Shown here in pieces: positions 1-9,139 of a stretch of 64,000 nucleotides of DNA (position 1 is the first letter of the stretch; every line of letters begins with the position of its first letter). The notes beneath the pieces were generated by a model. It made no database searches and was not told the origin of the DNA. It worked only from the letters and a program-made list of their open reading frames with translations. This DNA is from Pseudonocardia sp. (lineage in GTDB: Bacteria; Actinomycetota; Actinomycetes; Mycobacteriales; Pseudonocardiaceae): contig JAOZVV010000002.1 in the NCBI GenBank assembly GCA_025869365.1, positions 11,495-75,494 of the forward strand, given 5' to 3'. Position numbers and translations under genes: made by a program.

Positions 1-386
1 GTGGCCAGCCGCTCGGCGTGCATCGGGAGCTCGTCGGGCCAGGCGGCGACCAGGGCCCGGGAGGCGGCGCGGAGGTCGTCGAGCAGGGGGTCGAGGGCGG
101 CGTGGTCGTCGCTGAGCCCGGTCAGGTCCACGGCGGCACCGGCGTGCCGGGTGATCACCGGCCAGGCGACGGCGTCCTCGGCGTCGTGGTGGTGGTGGAT
201 CTCGGCGCACAGCCCGGCGACCCAGCGGTCGATCGCCTTCGCGCGCTTCTCGGAGATCCCCGCCCGCAGGTGGGCGAGCTGCTCGGCGAGGGCGGTGAGC
301 CGGTGCAGGTCCCCGCGCATCACGCGGTGCAGCAGGCGCAGGCCGGTGAGGTCCGGCAGGGCGGCGGTGGGGGCGGGGCGGGACAT
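1..386 (-). CDS. hemerythrin-like (HHE cation-binding) domain protein, N-terminal part only; the gene runs off the window edge
   Basis: Not in the ORF track (no stop inside the window). Reverse translation from ATG 386..384 gives MSRPAPTAALPDLTGLRLLHRVMRGDLHRL...CAEIHHHHDAEDAVAWPVITRH..., a His-rich H/HxxxE pattern typical of hemerythrin/HHE domains. GAGGAG Shine-Dalgarno (SD) at 397..392. Confidence 0.55.
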   Translation of the reverse strand, partial: MSRPAPTAALPDLTGLRLLHRVMRGDLHRLTALAEQLAHLRAGISEKRAKAIDRWVAGLCAEIHHHHDAEDAVAWPVITRHAGAAVDLTGLSDDHAALDPLLDDLRAASRALVAAWPDELPMHAERLA

Positions 387-569
387 CGGGGCTCCTCGTC
401 GGCGGTGGTGGGGCTACCGCCGCAGAGGGTCCCCCGGGTCGCTTGGCATCGGCTTGGAAGGCACTTTCGACGGCCGGACGTGATCGTCGAGACAGTTCTT
501 GACCGGCCGGCCAATCAAGGCGTAGACCTGTGGAGTCGTAGGAACACCGCTTCGAAGGAAGTGATCGTG

Positions 570-932
570 ATGACCGCGAAGGCGTGGACACGCTGGCAGG
601 ACTGGGCAGCCCTGGTGGTGGGCGTGCTGTTCGCCCTGTCCCCGATCGTGACGGACGCGGACCCGGGTGCCGCGTGGACCACCGTCGTGCTGGGGGTCCT
701 GCTGGCCCTCAGCGCGCTGTGGTCGCTCGCCCAGCCCGGATCCGTGACCAGTGAGTACACCCACGGCGTGCTCGGTGTGCTGATCTTCATCGCCCCGTGG
801 GTGATGAGCTTCAGCGACCTCGGCGGGGCGTCCTGGACGGCCTGGGTCGCCGGAGTCCTGACGGTCCTGGTGGCCGCCACCGCGCTCCCGGCCGCCAGCA
901 CCGCCCACCGTGGGCTGGCGGGCTCCCACTGA
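570..932 (+). CDS. small integral membrane protein, SPW-repeat-like
   Basis: Internal ATG of ORF 18..932 (aa 185), preceded by GAAGGAAG. MTAKAWTRWQDWAALVVGVLFALSPIV...IFIAPWVMSF... shows two repeated TM pairs with SPx/APW motifs. Confidence 0.65.
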   Translation: MTAKAWTRWQDWAALVVGVLFALSPIVTDADPGAAWTTVVLGVLLALSALWSLAQPGSVTSEYTHGVLGVLIFIAPWVMSFSDLGGASWTAWVAGVLTVLVAATALPAASTAHRGLAGSH

Positions 933-1043
933 GAAGGTAGGTGTCACCGGCTGGCACGAGCGGTTCGACGGCCGCGGCCTCCGGGCCGCGGCCGCCGCGT
1001 GCGTTCACCCGGCCCGTGCGGAGCTGCTCGTGAGGAGAACCCG

Positions 1044-1628
1044 ATGACCACCCCTGTCGACCCGGACGGCGGATCGGCCCGCGAGCGGATCCTCGCCGCC
1101 GCCGAGGAGCTGTTCGCGGCGCGCGGTTTCGACGCGACCCCCACCTCCCGGATCGCCGAGCGCGCCGGCGTCCCCAAGGGCCTGGTGCACTACTACTTCA
1201 CCCGCAAGCCGGACCTGCTGGGCGCGCTCGTCGAGCGGCTGCCCCGGGAGCGGGTGGACCGGGCCGCGGTGATCGTCCCGGGGGACGTCACGCAGAGCCT
1301 GTGCCGGCTCGTCGCGATGCTCGACGAGATGCTGGCCGCCTCGGCGACGCTGTCGCACCTGCTGTGGCGCGAGGCGGACACGCACCCCGCGGTGCGGGAC
1401 GCACTGCACGAGCGCTTCGACCGGCTCGTCGAGGTGATCCGGGACGTCGTCGTGGGGGCGCGGGAGGGTGACGAGCGCGGCGTCGAGACCGTCGCGCTGC
1501 TGCTCGCCTCGGCGGTGAGCTACCGGCACTCCGTCACCCGGCACGCGGGCGACGAGTCCGCGGCCAGGGCGGAGATGACCCGCGAGCTGCGCTTCCTCGC
1601 CGACGCACTCGACGCGGGCGTCAGCTGA
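1044..1628 (+). CDS. TetR family transcriptional regulator
   Basis: ORF 999..1628. ATG at aa 16 follows GAGGAG. N-terminal HTH ARERILAAAEELFAARGFDATPTSRIAERAGVPKGLVHYYF. Confidence 0.9.
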   Translation: MTTPVDPDGGSARERILAAAEELFAARGFDATPTSRIAERAGVPKGLVHYYFTRKPDLLGALVERLPRERVDRAAVIVPGDVTQSLCRLVAMLDEMLAASATLSHLLWREADTHPAVRDALHERFDRLVEVIRDVVVGAREGDERGVETVALLLASAVSYRHSVTRHAGDESAARAEMTRELRFLADALDAGVS

Positions 1629-1734
1629 GCGACGCGGACCCGCAGCGGTCTCGGGTCCGCGGGAGCGGCCCGGCTCGGGGGAGCCGGGCCGCGCCCGCGT
1701 CACCGGCGGGAGCGGATCCCGCCCTCGCCGGTGA

Positions 1735-3264
1735 TCAGCGTCCTGCGAAGGCGCCGGCCACCGTCGTCTGCACGGCGGGGATCTCTGCAGGCAGCAGGAA
1801 GCCGTCGTCGGCGAGGCGCTGGACCGCCGGAGCGATCGCGGCCCGATAACCGGCAGCGTCGCCGTAGCGCTGCTGCAGCTCGGCGGCCGGGATCGGTGCC
1901 CAGCCGCCGAAGTTGCCGCAGATCGCAGCGATGTCGGCGGTCGAGACCGGGGTGAGCACCGGCGGCTCGGCACGGGCGACCGCGTGCTCGACCTCCGCGA
2001 GCCGGACCCCGCCCACCGGGTTCGAGCGCTCGTCGACGCGGGGCAGCCGCACCTCGGTCGTGGGCAGCGGGTTCACCAGCGGGCCGGCGGCCGGGGCGGC
2101 CTCGAGCTCGAACACCGCGGAAGGCGGCAGCGCCGTGCCGAGGTTGCCCCCGGCGAGGTCCGCGAGCAGGGCGGACAGCAGGCCACGCAGGTACGGGCGA
2201 TCGTCGATCGGGTTGAGCGGGACGGGCGTGGAGTTGTTGCAGCCGAGCTTGTCGAAGGCGTAGCCGGGCGGCACCGCCGACTCGGGGGCGTGCGCCGCGG
2301 GCAGGTCGTAGCGCCGGACCCGTTCGGGAAGCGGCTCACCCAGCGAGACCGAGGCGCGCAGCCGGAAGTAGTCGGTGTACTTGACGACATCGACCAGTAC
2401 CGGGTCGCTGGCCGGGCGGCGGAGGATCTGCGGATAGGTCAGCGGGACACCGTCCGGACGAACGTACGGCTGCTGGGGTGCTCCGTCGTCGGCCATCTTG
2501 TTCACGGCGAGCCAGTTCCCCGCGGCGCTGACCAGGAACGCGCCGTCGAAGACGCCCCCGCCGGTGGCCGGGTCGGCATTGAACCCCTCGGCCAGGAACG
2601 TCGTCGCCATCCACGACGACTGGCTCAGACCGGAGAGCACCGCGGTCCGGAACGGCTCGACCCCCGCCGCGGCCAGCTCGGGCCGTCCGGTGCGAAGCGC
2701 CCGCCCGAAGTCACGGATCGTCGCCAGGCCGATCCCCTGCGCCTCGGCCGGCACCCCGGCCGCGATGCCGGTCTGCCACTGCACCCGTGCGTAGGCGAGC
2801 CGTGCCGTGTCGAGGAACCCGTTGCCCAACGTGCCGGGGTAGCTCGTCGTCGAGGGCTTGCCGCCCGCGGTGACCAGCGCGGGCTGGTCGGTGAGGAAGC
2901 CGAGCGTGGTCGGGTTCCCCCGGTTCTCCACATCCACCAGGACCGACGTCGTGCCGCCGGCGGGCAGCAGGACCTCGAACTCGGCCTCGTAGCCGATGCG
3001 GCCGTCGGGTCCGGCGGGCCGTGCGGCCAGCCCGACGACGTCCTCGGCAGGGTCCACCGCCCCGGTCAGCACGCCGTGCACCCGCCGGGTCCCGTCGGCG
3101 AGCACGTCGTTCCCGGCGACCCGGAGCTCGGTCACCTCCGACCTCAGTGCCGGGCCCGGGGCGGGGTCGGGAGTCGGCGGATCGGCTGTGCAGCCGGCCA
3201 GGACGGCGATGACCGCCGTCGCGACGACGACGGGCCTGACGAGCAGGCCGGGAAGGGTGGGCAC
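1735..3264 (-). CDS. secreted lipoprotein, uncharacterised (alpha/beta-hydrolase-like fold suspected)
   Basis: ORF 1735..3498. GTG at aa 79 has GGAGG upstream. Signal peptide with lipobox VPTLPGLLVRPVVVATAVIAVLAGC. Long Ala/Gly/Pro-rich mature part with an LSQSS motif. Confidence 0.7.
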   Translation of the reverse strand: MPTLPGLLVRPVVVATAVIAVLAGCTADPPTPDPAPGPALRSEVTELRVAGNDVLADGTRRVHGVLTGAVDPAEDVVGLAARPAGPDGRIGYEAEFEVLLPAGGTTSVLVDVENRGNPTTLGFLTDQPALVTAGGKPSTTSYPGTLGNGFLDTARLAYARVQWQTGIAAGVPAEAQGIGLATIRDFGRALRTGRPELAAAGVEPFRTAVLSGLSQSSWMATTFLAEGFNADPATGGGVFDGAFLVSAAGNWLAVNKMADDGAPQQPYVRPDGVPLTYPQILRRPASDPVLVDVVKYTDYFRLRASVSLGEPLPERVRRYDLPAAHAPESAVPPGYAFDKLGCNNSTPVPLNPIDDRPYLRGLLSALLADLAGGNLGTALPPSAVFELEAAPAAGPLVNPLPTTEVRLPRVDERSNPVGGVRLAEVEHAVARAEPPVLTPVSTADIAAICGNFGGWAPIPAAELQQRYGDAAGYRAAIAPAVQRLADDGFLLPAEIPAVQTTVAGAFAGR

Positions 3265-3487
3265 GATGCCTCCGGGTGTCGACGTTGACGATCCCCGGCG
3301 CTGGAGCACCGGGGAGGAGAAGCCGAGTCGCGCGGTCCACGGACCGGCGACTACTCGATGTGCGGATCGGAGTTCGAGCGCGATGCGCTCCGGGCGGCCC
3401 GGGACATCCCTGCCCGCTCCGCGTCGCGCTCGTCCTCGCCAGGTCTGCGTCGCGTCGGGGCGCGTCGCCTCCCTGCTCCGTGAGTGG

Positions 3488-3517
3488 CATATAAACAAAC
3501 ACTGGTTCGATAATCAA
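3488..3517 (-). promoter_or_regulatory. sigma-70-like promoter candidate (TTGATT-18 nt-TATATG) in an AT-rich patch
   Basis: Minus strand reads TTGATTatcgaaccagtgtttgttTATATG. It is the only AT-rich stretch in the 400-bp spacer upstream of the lipoprotein gene. Confidence 0.3.
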
Positions 3518-3554
3518 GTAGCCAGGAGATCGAGACAGCCTCGGATCCGGCGGT

Positions 3555-3591
3555 GAGGATCGGAGAAATCGGGCATCGGCACCGATTCCTC
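3555..3591 (-). terminator. nested hairpin downstream of the MFS gene (candidate intrinsic terminator)
   Basis: GAGGATCGG...CCGATTCCTC outer arms with an inner AATCGG/CCGATT stem. It lies 75 nt after the MFS stop. No clear U-tract. Confidence 0.35.
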
Positions 3592-3665
3592 GTCGCTCGC
3601 GGTGGACGTAAGTGACCGAACGTTTGGCTACGGGGCGCAGTCCCGGCCCGGTGTCGGTGGGCTGC

Positions 3666-4874
3666 TCACTCCGCCCGCGGCTCGTCCCGCACGGGAGTGA
3701 TCCCGATCGCGAGGGCCGGGGCGATCGCGGCCACCGCGAAGCCGACGGCGTAGCCGTACCCGCCGATGAGCGCGCCGAGTGCGACCGGCGCCACGGACGA
3801 CACGATGTTCTGCCCGGTGTTCTGGATCCCCAGGGCCTTGCCCGCCCAGGCGCTCCCGGCGATCTCGGCGACGGCGGTGAACGCGAGCCCGTTGTCCGCG
3901 ACGCTGACCACCGCCCCGACGGCCAGCGAGGTGATCGCCAGCCACGGCGCGACGAGATCCCCGAGCGCGAACGTCAGCAGGACGAGCGTCGCGCCGACGG
4001 CGAGCTGCCGCATCGGCCGCAGCCGCGAGCCGACCCGGTCCGACCACACGCCGCTCCCGATCCGGCCCGCCGCCCCGGCGATCTGCAGCACGGCGACGAA
4101 GGCGCCGGCGGCGGCCACTCCCCAGCCGTGCTCACGTACCAGGTACTCGGTGGAGAAGGCGGCGATCGCGAACTGCGGCACGACCAGCAGCGCGCTCGCC
4201 GAGTGGACCCGGAAGAGCAGCGGCGCGCCGTAGGGCGACCGTGCCTTCGCCTCGCCCTCGACGCGCGGCGGGCGGTAGGGGTCCGGGGCGAACACCGCCA
4301 CCAGGACGGACGAGAGCAGGCACAGTCCTGCCGGCAGTACCAGCGACGGGAACGCGCCCACGCTCGCGGCCAGGCTCGGCAGCGTCAGTCCCGCGATCCC
4401 GACGCCCAGGGGCTGCGCCGTCTGCCGGATGCCCATCGCGAGCCCGCGCTCGTCCCGCGGGAACCAGCCCATCACCATCCGCCCGCTGGCGGCGAACACG
4501 GAGGCGCCCGCCGCCCCGCCCGCCGCGAGCAGCGCGACCAGCAGTGCGGTCCCGGGATGCGGCAGGAACGCGACCAGCCCGACCGCGACGGCCTGGAGCG
4601 CGAGGCCACTCGCCATGATCCGGCGCTCGCCCCAGCGGTCCGCGGCGGCACCCCACAGGATCAGGGTCAGCAGCAGGCCGACGGTGGGTCCGGCGACGTA
4701 GAGGCCGGCCGCGGCGAGGGAGAGGTCGAGGGTGTCCCGCAGGGTCGGGACCAGGAACGGGAGACCGAAGACGAACGAGCAGGCCGAGGACTGCGCGAGC
4801 ACCCCGATCGCGAGGACGACCCACCTCCGTCGGGATCGCACCTGGTCCTTCGCGGTCGCGGGCGGGGTCGTCAT
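3666..4874 (-). CDS. MFS transporter
   Basis: 402-aa ORF with about 12 hydrophobic segments and the MFS loop motif GAAADRWGERR. Confidence 0.9.
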   Translation of the reverse strand: MTTPPATAKDQVRSRRRWVVLAIGVLAQSSACSFVFGLPFLVPTLRDTLDLSLAAAGLYVAGPTVGLLLTLILWGAAADRWGERRIMASGLALQAVAVGLVAFLPHPGTALLVALLAAGGAAGASVFAASGRMVMGWFPRDERGLAMGIRQTAQPLGVGIAGLTLPSLAASVGAFPSLVLPAGLCLLSSVLVAVFAPDPYRPPRVEGEAKARSPYGAPLLFRVHSASALLVVPQFAIAAFSTEYLVREHGWGVAAAGAFVAVLQIAGAAGRIGSGVWSDRVGSRLRPMRQLAVGATLVLLTFALGDLVAPWLAITSLAVGAVVSVADNGLAFTAVAEIAGSAWAGKALGIQNTGQNIVSSVAPVALGALIGGYGYAVGFAVAAIAPALAIGITPVRDEPRAE

Positions 4875-4922
4875 GAGTTCGGACCCTACGCGCCGGTATC
4901 GGATGCTGAGAATTCCGTCTCG

Positions 4923-5063
4923 CTATGCGAGATCCTGCTCGGTTCGGTCCCGCGTGTCGTGCAGGGGCAGCGGCGGCATCTTCCGTTCGAGCAGCGCCTT
5001 GACGACCGCTGTCACCGTCGCCAGGCCGACTATCGCCAGCACGATCCACACCATCACCGTCAT
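4923..5063 (-). CDS. small single-pass membrane protein (hypothetical)
   Basis: Internal ATG (aa 29) of ORF 4923..5147. MTVMVWIVLAIVGLATVTAVVKALLERKMPPLPLH... GGGAG upstream. No family recognised. Confidence 0.35.
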   Translation of the reverse strand: MTVMVWIVLAIVGLATVTAVVKALLERKMPPLPLHDTRDRTEQDLA

Positions 5064-5182
5064 CGCAGCTCCCGAGGCTGTTCGGTGGTCCGTTCGACGG
5101 GGTGAGACTAACGCCGGGGGTGTGTCCGGCCGACCCGGTCGGGGCAATGGAGTCGAACTGATGTTCGATCGCGCGTATCGTC

Positions 5183-5809
5183 GTGGTCATGGTGGTCGAT
5201 CTGGTGTGGCAGCCCTCACTGCTCGAGGGGCCGGGGGAGCCGGAGCTCGATCCGGGCTTCCACGGCCTGCGGCGACACGAGCTCGGTGAGGGCGCGTGGG
5301 TGGACGTGGTGCCCGGTTGGCTGGGCGGCGCCGGTGAGCTGTTCGAACGGCTGCTGGACGGTACGCCCTGGCAGGGTCGCGAGGTGCGCATGTACGAGCG
5401 GACGCTGCTCGAACCGCGGCTCACCCACCGCTGGTCGCGGTCCGAGGGGCTGCCCGAGCCGATCCTGGGTGAGATGGCGGACGTGCTGTCCGCCCACTAC
5501 GGCGAGGAGTTCACCCAGGTCGGGGCCAACCTCTACCGGGACGGCGCGGACAGCGTCGCCTGGCACGGGGACCGCGTGGCCCGCGAGCTGCCCCGGGCCA
5601 CGGTGGCGCTGGTGTCCCTCGGCGAGGTGCGGCCCTTCCGGCTCCGGCCCACCGGCGGCGGGATCTCGGTCGGGTTCCTGCCCGGCCCGGGAGACCTCCT
5701 GGTCATGGGCGGTACCTGCCAGCGCACCTGGCAGCACTCCGTCCCGAAGGTGCGTTCCGCCGGGGCCCGGATCAGCATCCAGTTCCGGCACGCCTGTCCC
5801 GGTCCGTGA
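5183..5809 (+). CDS. AlkB-like 2OG/Fe(II)-dependent dioxygenase
   Basis: 208 aa. HxD (AWHGD), distal His (WQHSVPK) and RxSxxFR (RISIQFR) motifs. Confidence 0.85.
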   Translation: MVMVVDLVWQPSLLEGPGEPELDPGFHGLRRHELGEGAWVDVVPGWLGGAGELFERLLDGTPWQGREVRMYERTLLEPRLTHRWSRSEGLPEPILGEMADVLSAHYGEEFTQVGANLYRDGADSVAWHGDRVARELPRATVALVSLGEVRPFRLRPTGGGISVGFLPGPGDLLVMGGTCQRTWQHSVPKVRSAGARISIQFRHACPGP

Positions 5810-5893
5810 CCGGCCGGCGATCGGGGCCCGTGCCCGTCGCCGGCCGGCAGGTCTCTCGCGATTGCGCCGTCGGGCGCTGGGTACCGTTGCCTC

Positions 5894-6526
5894 ATGGCGG
5901 AGCGGGCGGACGGGGGCCGAGGGATCGGCGCTGCGGTGCCCGAGCGTGAACGGTTGCTCGGGCTCGCCGCGGAGTACGTCCTGGAGCACGGGATCGCGGA
6001 CCTCACACTGCGCCGGCTCGGCTCCGCGATCGGCAGCAACAACCGGATGCTCCTGTACTACTTCGGGTCCAAGGAACAGCTGATCTCCCAAGCCCTGCTG
6101 GCGGCGTCGTACCGCTTCCCGACCTTCGCCGCCGCGTTGTCCGGGCTCGACGGGCCGGGCGCGCTGGCGGACCGTCTCGACGCGTGCTGGGCCGCCATCG
6201 CCGCGCCGGAGAACCGGCCGTTCGTCACGCTGTTCTTCGAGGTCTTCGGGGTCGCCGCGCACCGACCGGGCCGCTTCGACGAGTTCCTCACCCGGGTCGG
6301 CAACGACTGGACCAACGACGTCGCCCGGTCCCTGCGCACGGAAGGCCTGCCCGCCTCCGCCGCCCCGCCGATGGCGCGCGAGCTGGTCGCACTCTGGCGG
6401 GGCCTGCAGTTCGACCTGCTCTCCACCGGGGACGCGGAGACGGTGGCGGCCAGCCACACCGTCGCCGCCCGCGCGTTCGCCGAGCGCTGTGCGCGCCTCG
6501 GGGCGGGCACCCAGCCGGTCCGCTGA
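5894..6526 (+). CDS. TetR family transcriptional regulator
   Basis: HTH segment [43 protein letters not shown]. Confidence 0.85.
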   Translation: MAERADGGRGIGAAVPERERLLGLAAEYVLEHGIADLTLRRLGSAIGSNNRMLLYYFGSKEQLISQALLAASYRFPTFAAALSGLDGPGALADRLDACWAAIAAPENRPFVTLFFEVFGVAAHRPGRFDEFLTRVGNDWTNDVARSLRTEGLPASAAPPMARELVALWRGLQFDLLSTGDAETVAASHTVAARAFAERCARLGAGTQPVR

Positions 6527-6573
6527 CCGAACAGGGGGAGGACCGCGGGCCCGCGGGCGCATATCCTGCGGCG

Positions 6574-7188
6574 ATGCAGCGCAAGATCGGCGTCATGGGC
6601 GGCACGTTCGATCCCGTGCACAACGGGCACCTCGTCGCCGCCAGCGAGGTCGCCGACCGGTTCCAGCTGGACGAGGTGCTCTTCGTCCCCACCGGGGAGC
6701 CGTGGCAGAAGTCCGCGAAGTCCGTCAGCCCCGCGGAGGACCGCTACCTGATGACGGTCATCGCGACGGCCTCGAACCCGCGGTTCGGCACCAGCCGGGT
6801 CGACATCGAGCGCACGGGGCCGACCTACACGGCGGACACCCTCACCGACCTGGCTGCCGCGATGCCGGACGCCGAGCTCTACTTCATCACCGGTGCGGAC
6901 GCGCTGTCCCAGATCCTGTCCTGGCGCAAGGTCGAGGAGCTGTTCGAGCTCGCGCACTTCGTCGGTGTGACCCGGCCCGGGTACGAGCTGGCGGACACCC
7001 ATCTACCGGCCGGGTCCGTGACCCTCGTCGAGGTGCCGGCCATGGCGATCTCCTCGACGGACTGCCGGGAGCGCGTCGCCGAGGGACGGCCGGTCTGGTA
7101 CCTCGTGCCGGACGGCGTGGTCCAGTACATCTCGAAGCGGGGCCTCTACGCCTCGGACCGGCCGGCCGGCATCTCCTATCCCGCCTGA
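6574..7188 (+). CDS. nadD: nicotinate-nucleotide adenylyltransferase
   Basis: ATG at aa 131 of ORF 6184..7188. [20 protein letters not shown] (the (H/T)xGH motif) and a later ISSTDCR motif. Confidence 0.93.
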   Translation: MQRKIGVMGGTFDPVHNGHLVAASEVADRFQLDEVLFVPTGEPWQKSAKSVSPAEDRYLMTVIATASNPRFGTSRVDIERTGPTYTADTLTDLAAAMPDAELYFITGADALSQILSWRKVEELFELAHFVGVTRPGYELADTHLPAGSVTLVEVPAMAISSTDCRERVAEGRPVWYLVPDGVVQYISKRGLYASDRPAGISYPA

Positions 7189-7331
7189 GCGGCACGCGGA
7201 CGCCCGGTCCGGCTGCCGCAGCCGGCCGACCCGCGCTTCCGGGCCCACGGGGCGCGGCTGCCACACTGGAACGGGCTGCACCCTCCGGTGGGCAGACCAG
7301 CGTGACGACGACGATCGGTACAGAAGGAGAC

Positions 7332-7745
7332 GTGACCTCAGTGGCGGCAACAGAAGTGGCACTCGAGATGGCCCGGGTGGCCGTGGCGGCCGCCGCCGAC
7401 AAGCTGGCCCAGAACATCACCGTGCTGGACGTGTCGGAGCAGCTCGTCATCACGGACCTGTTCGTGATCGCGTCCGCGCCGAACGAGCGCCAGGTGCAGG
7501 CCATCGTCGACGAGGTGGAGGAGAAGCTCCGCCTGCACGGTGTGAAGCCCACCCGCCGCGAGGGGGCCCGTGAGGGACGCTGGGTGCTGCTGGACTTCAC
7601 GGACATCGTGGTGCACGTGCAGCACACCGAGGAGCGCACCGTCTACGGCCTGGACCGGCTGTGGAAGGACTGCCCCCGGATCGAGTTCCCCGAGGCCCGG
7701 ACGGCGCCCGATGCGGACGACCCGGACGCGGTGATCGCCCCGTGA
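7332..7745 (+). CDS. rsfS: ribosome silencing factor RsfS (Iojap family)
   Basis: C-terminal 137 aa of ORF 6489..7745. GTG after GAAGGAGA. ...ITVLDVSEQLVITDLFVIASAPNERQVQAIVDEVEEKL...WVLLDFTDIVVHVQHTEER. Confidence 0.9.
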   Translation: MTSVAATEVALEMARVAVAAAADKLAQNITVLDVSEQLVITDLFVIASAPNERQVQAIVDEVEEKLRLHGVKPTRREGAREGRWVLLDFTDIVVHVQHTEERTVYGLDRLWKDCPRIEFPEARTAPDADDPDAVIAP

Positions 7746-8365
7746 GTCTGCGTCGCGTCGTCCTGCTGCGGCACGGGCAGACGGACTACAACGTGGCCGG
7801 ACGGATGCAGGGCCACCTGGACTCCCACCTCACCGAGGAGGGCCGCGCGCAGGCTCGCCGCGCCGCCCCGGTGATCGCCCGGATGTCCCTGGACCGCATG
7901 ATCAGCTCGGACCTCTGCCGGGCCGCGGACACCGCGGAGGAGATCTCCGCCGCCTCCGGGCTGGCGGTGAAGCTGGACCAGCGGCTGCGCGAGACACATC
8001 TCGGCGAGTGGCAGGGCCGCAGCGTCGGCGAGGTCGAGGTCGACTACCCGGGCGCGATCGCGGAGTGGCGCGGGGACCCGCGCTGGACCCCGCCCGGCGG
8101 CGAGTCGCGGCTGGACGTCGTGCAGCGCTCGCTGCCCGTCGTCCAGGAGATCGACGACGAGTACGCCGACGAGCCGGACGAGCAGTCCCTGCTGCTCGTG
8201 GCGCACGGCGGGATGATCGCCGGCATGGTCTGCGGGCTGCTGGCCCTGCCCGAGGCCACCTGGCCGATCATCGGCGGGATGGGCAACTGCAAGTGGGCCG
8301 TCGTCGCCCGGCGTGCGGACCACCCGCGCTGGCGGCTCTCCGGGTACAACATCGGTGTCACCTGA
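7742..8365 (+). CDS. histidine phosphatase family protein (glucosyl-3-phosphoglycerate phosphatase GpgP-like by synteny)
   Basis: GTG overlaps the rsfS stop (GTGA). RHG motif VVLLRHGQTDYN. Its position after rsfS matches the mycobacterial gpgP locus. Confidence 0.85.
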   Translation: MSLRRVVLLRHGQTDYNVAGRMQGHLDSHLTEEGRAQARRAAPVIARMSLDRMISSDLCRAADTAEEISAASGLAVKLDQRLRETHLGEWQGRSVGEVEVDYPGAIAEWRGDPRWTPPGGESRLDVVQRSLPVVQEIDDEYADEPDEQSLLLVAHGGMIAGMVCGLLALPEATWPIIGGMGNCKWAVVARRADHPRWRLSGYNIGVT

Positions 8366-9128
8366 CCTGTCCCCGCCCGGATCGTCGTCCGGGCCGCTCG
8401 TGCTCGTCCTGGGGGACTCCCTGGCCTTCCACGGGCCCGAGCGGGCGGAACCCGCGGATGATCCGCGGCTGTGGCCGAACGTCGCCGCCGCCGCGCTCGG
8501 CGGGCGGGCCGAGATCGTCGCGGGGATCGGGTGGACCGCCCGGCACGCCTGGACCGCCCTCACGCACGACCCCCGGGTCTGGGCGATGATGCCGCGGGTC
8601 GACGCCCTGGTGCTCGGCACGGGCGGGATGGACTCGCTCCCGTCGCCGCTGCCGACCGCCCTGCGCGAGCTCATCCCGGCGGTGCGCCCGGAGCGCGCCC
8701 GTCGCGTCGTGCGTGACGGCTACCTGCGTGCGCAACCCGCCCTGGCGCGGGCCCTCGCCCACCTCCCCGGGGGCGGTCCGGTCGCGCTGCCGCCGCGGCT
8801 CACCGTCTCCTACCTGCAACGATGCCGGGACGCGGTGCTCGCGCTACGGCCGGGGATCCCGGTCGTCGCGGCCCTGCCGTCGGTGCACCGCGCGGCCGTC
8901 TACGGGTGTGCGCACCCCGGTCGGGCCGCGACCGAGCAGGCCACGCGGGCGTGGGCGGCGAGCGCCGGCGCGCGCGTCCTGGACGTCGGGACGCTGGTCG
9001 CGGCGCACGTCCTGGGCGGGCACGGCAACCCCGACGGGATGCACTGGGGCTGGGCCGGGCACGGCCTCGTCGGCGCGACGCTCGGGGCGATCCTCGCTGG
9101 TGAGCTGGCAGACCGGGCCGGACAGTAG
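8355..9128 (+). CDS. SGNH/GDSL-like hydrolase/acyltransferase (OctT-like by synteny)
   Basis: GDS block LVLVLGDSLAF and a C-terminal DGMHW block. The start is uncertain (GTG 8355 overlaps the previous gene's end). Confidence 0.7.
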   Translation: MSPDLSPPGSSSGPLVLVLGDSLAFHGPERAEPADDPRLWPNVAAAALGGRAEIVAGIGWTARHAWTALTHDPRVWAMMPRVDALVLGTGGMDSLPSPLPTALRELIPAVRPERARRVVRDGYLRAQPALARALAHLPGGGPVALPPRLTVSYLQRCRDAVLALRPGIPVVAALPSVHRAAVYGCAHPGRAATEQATRAWAASAGARVLDVGTLVAAHVLGGHGNPDGMHWGWAGHGLVGATLGAILAGELADRAGQ

Positions 9129-9139
9129 GGTCGGCTGTC

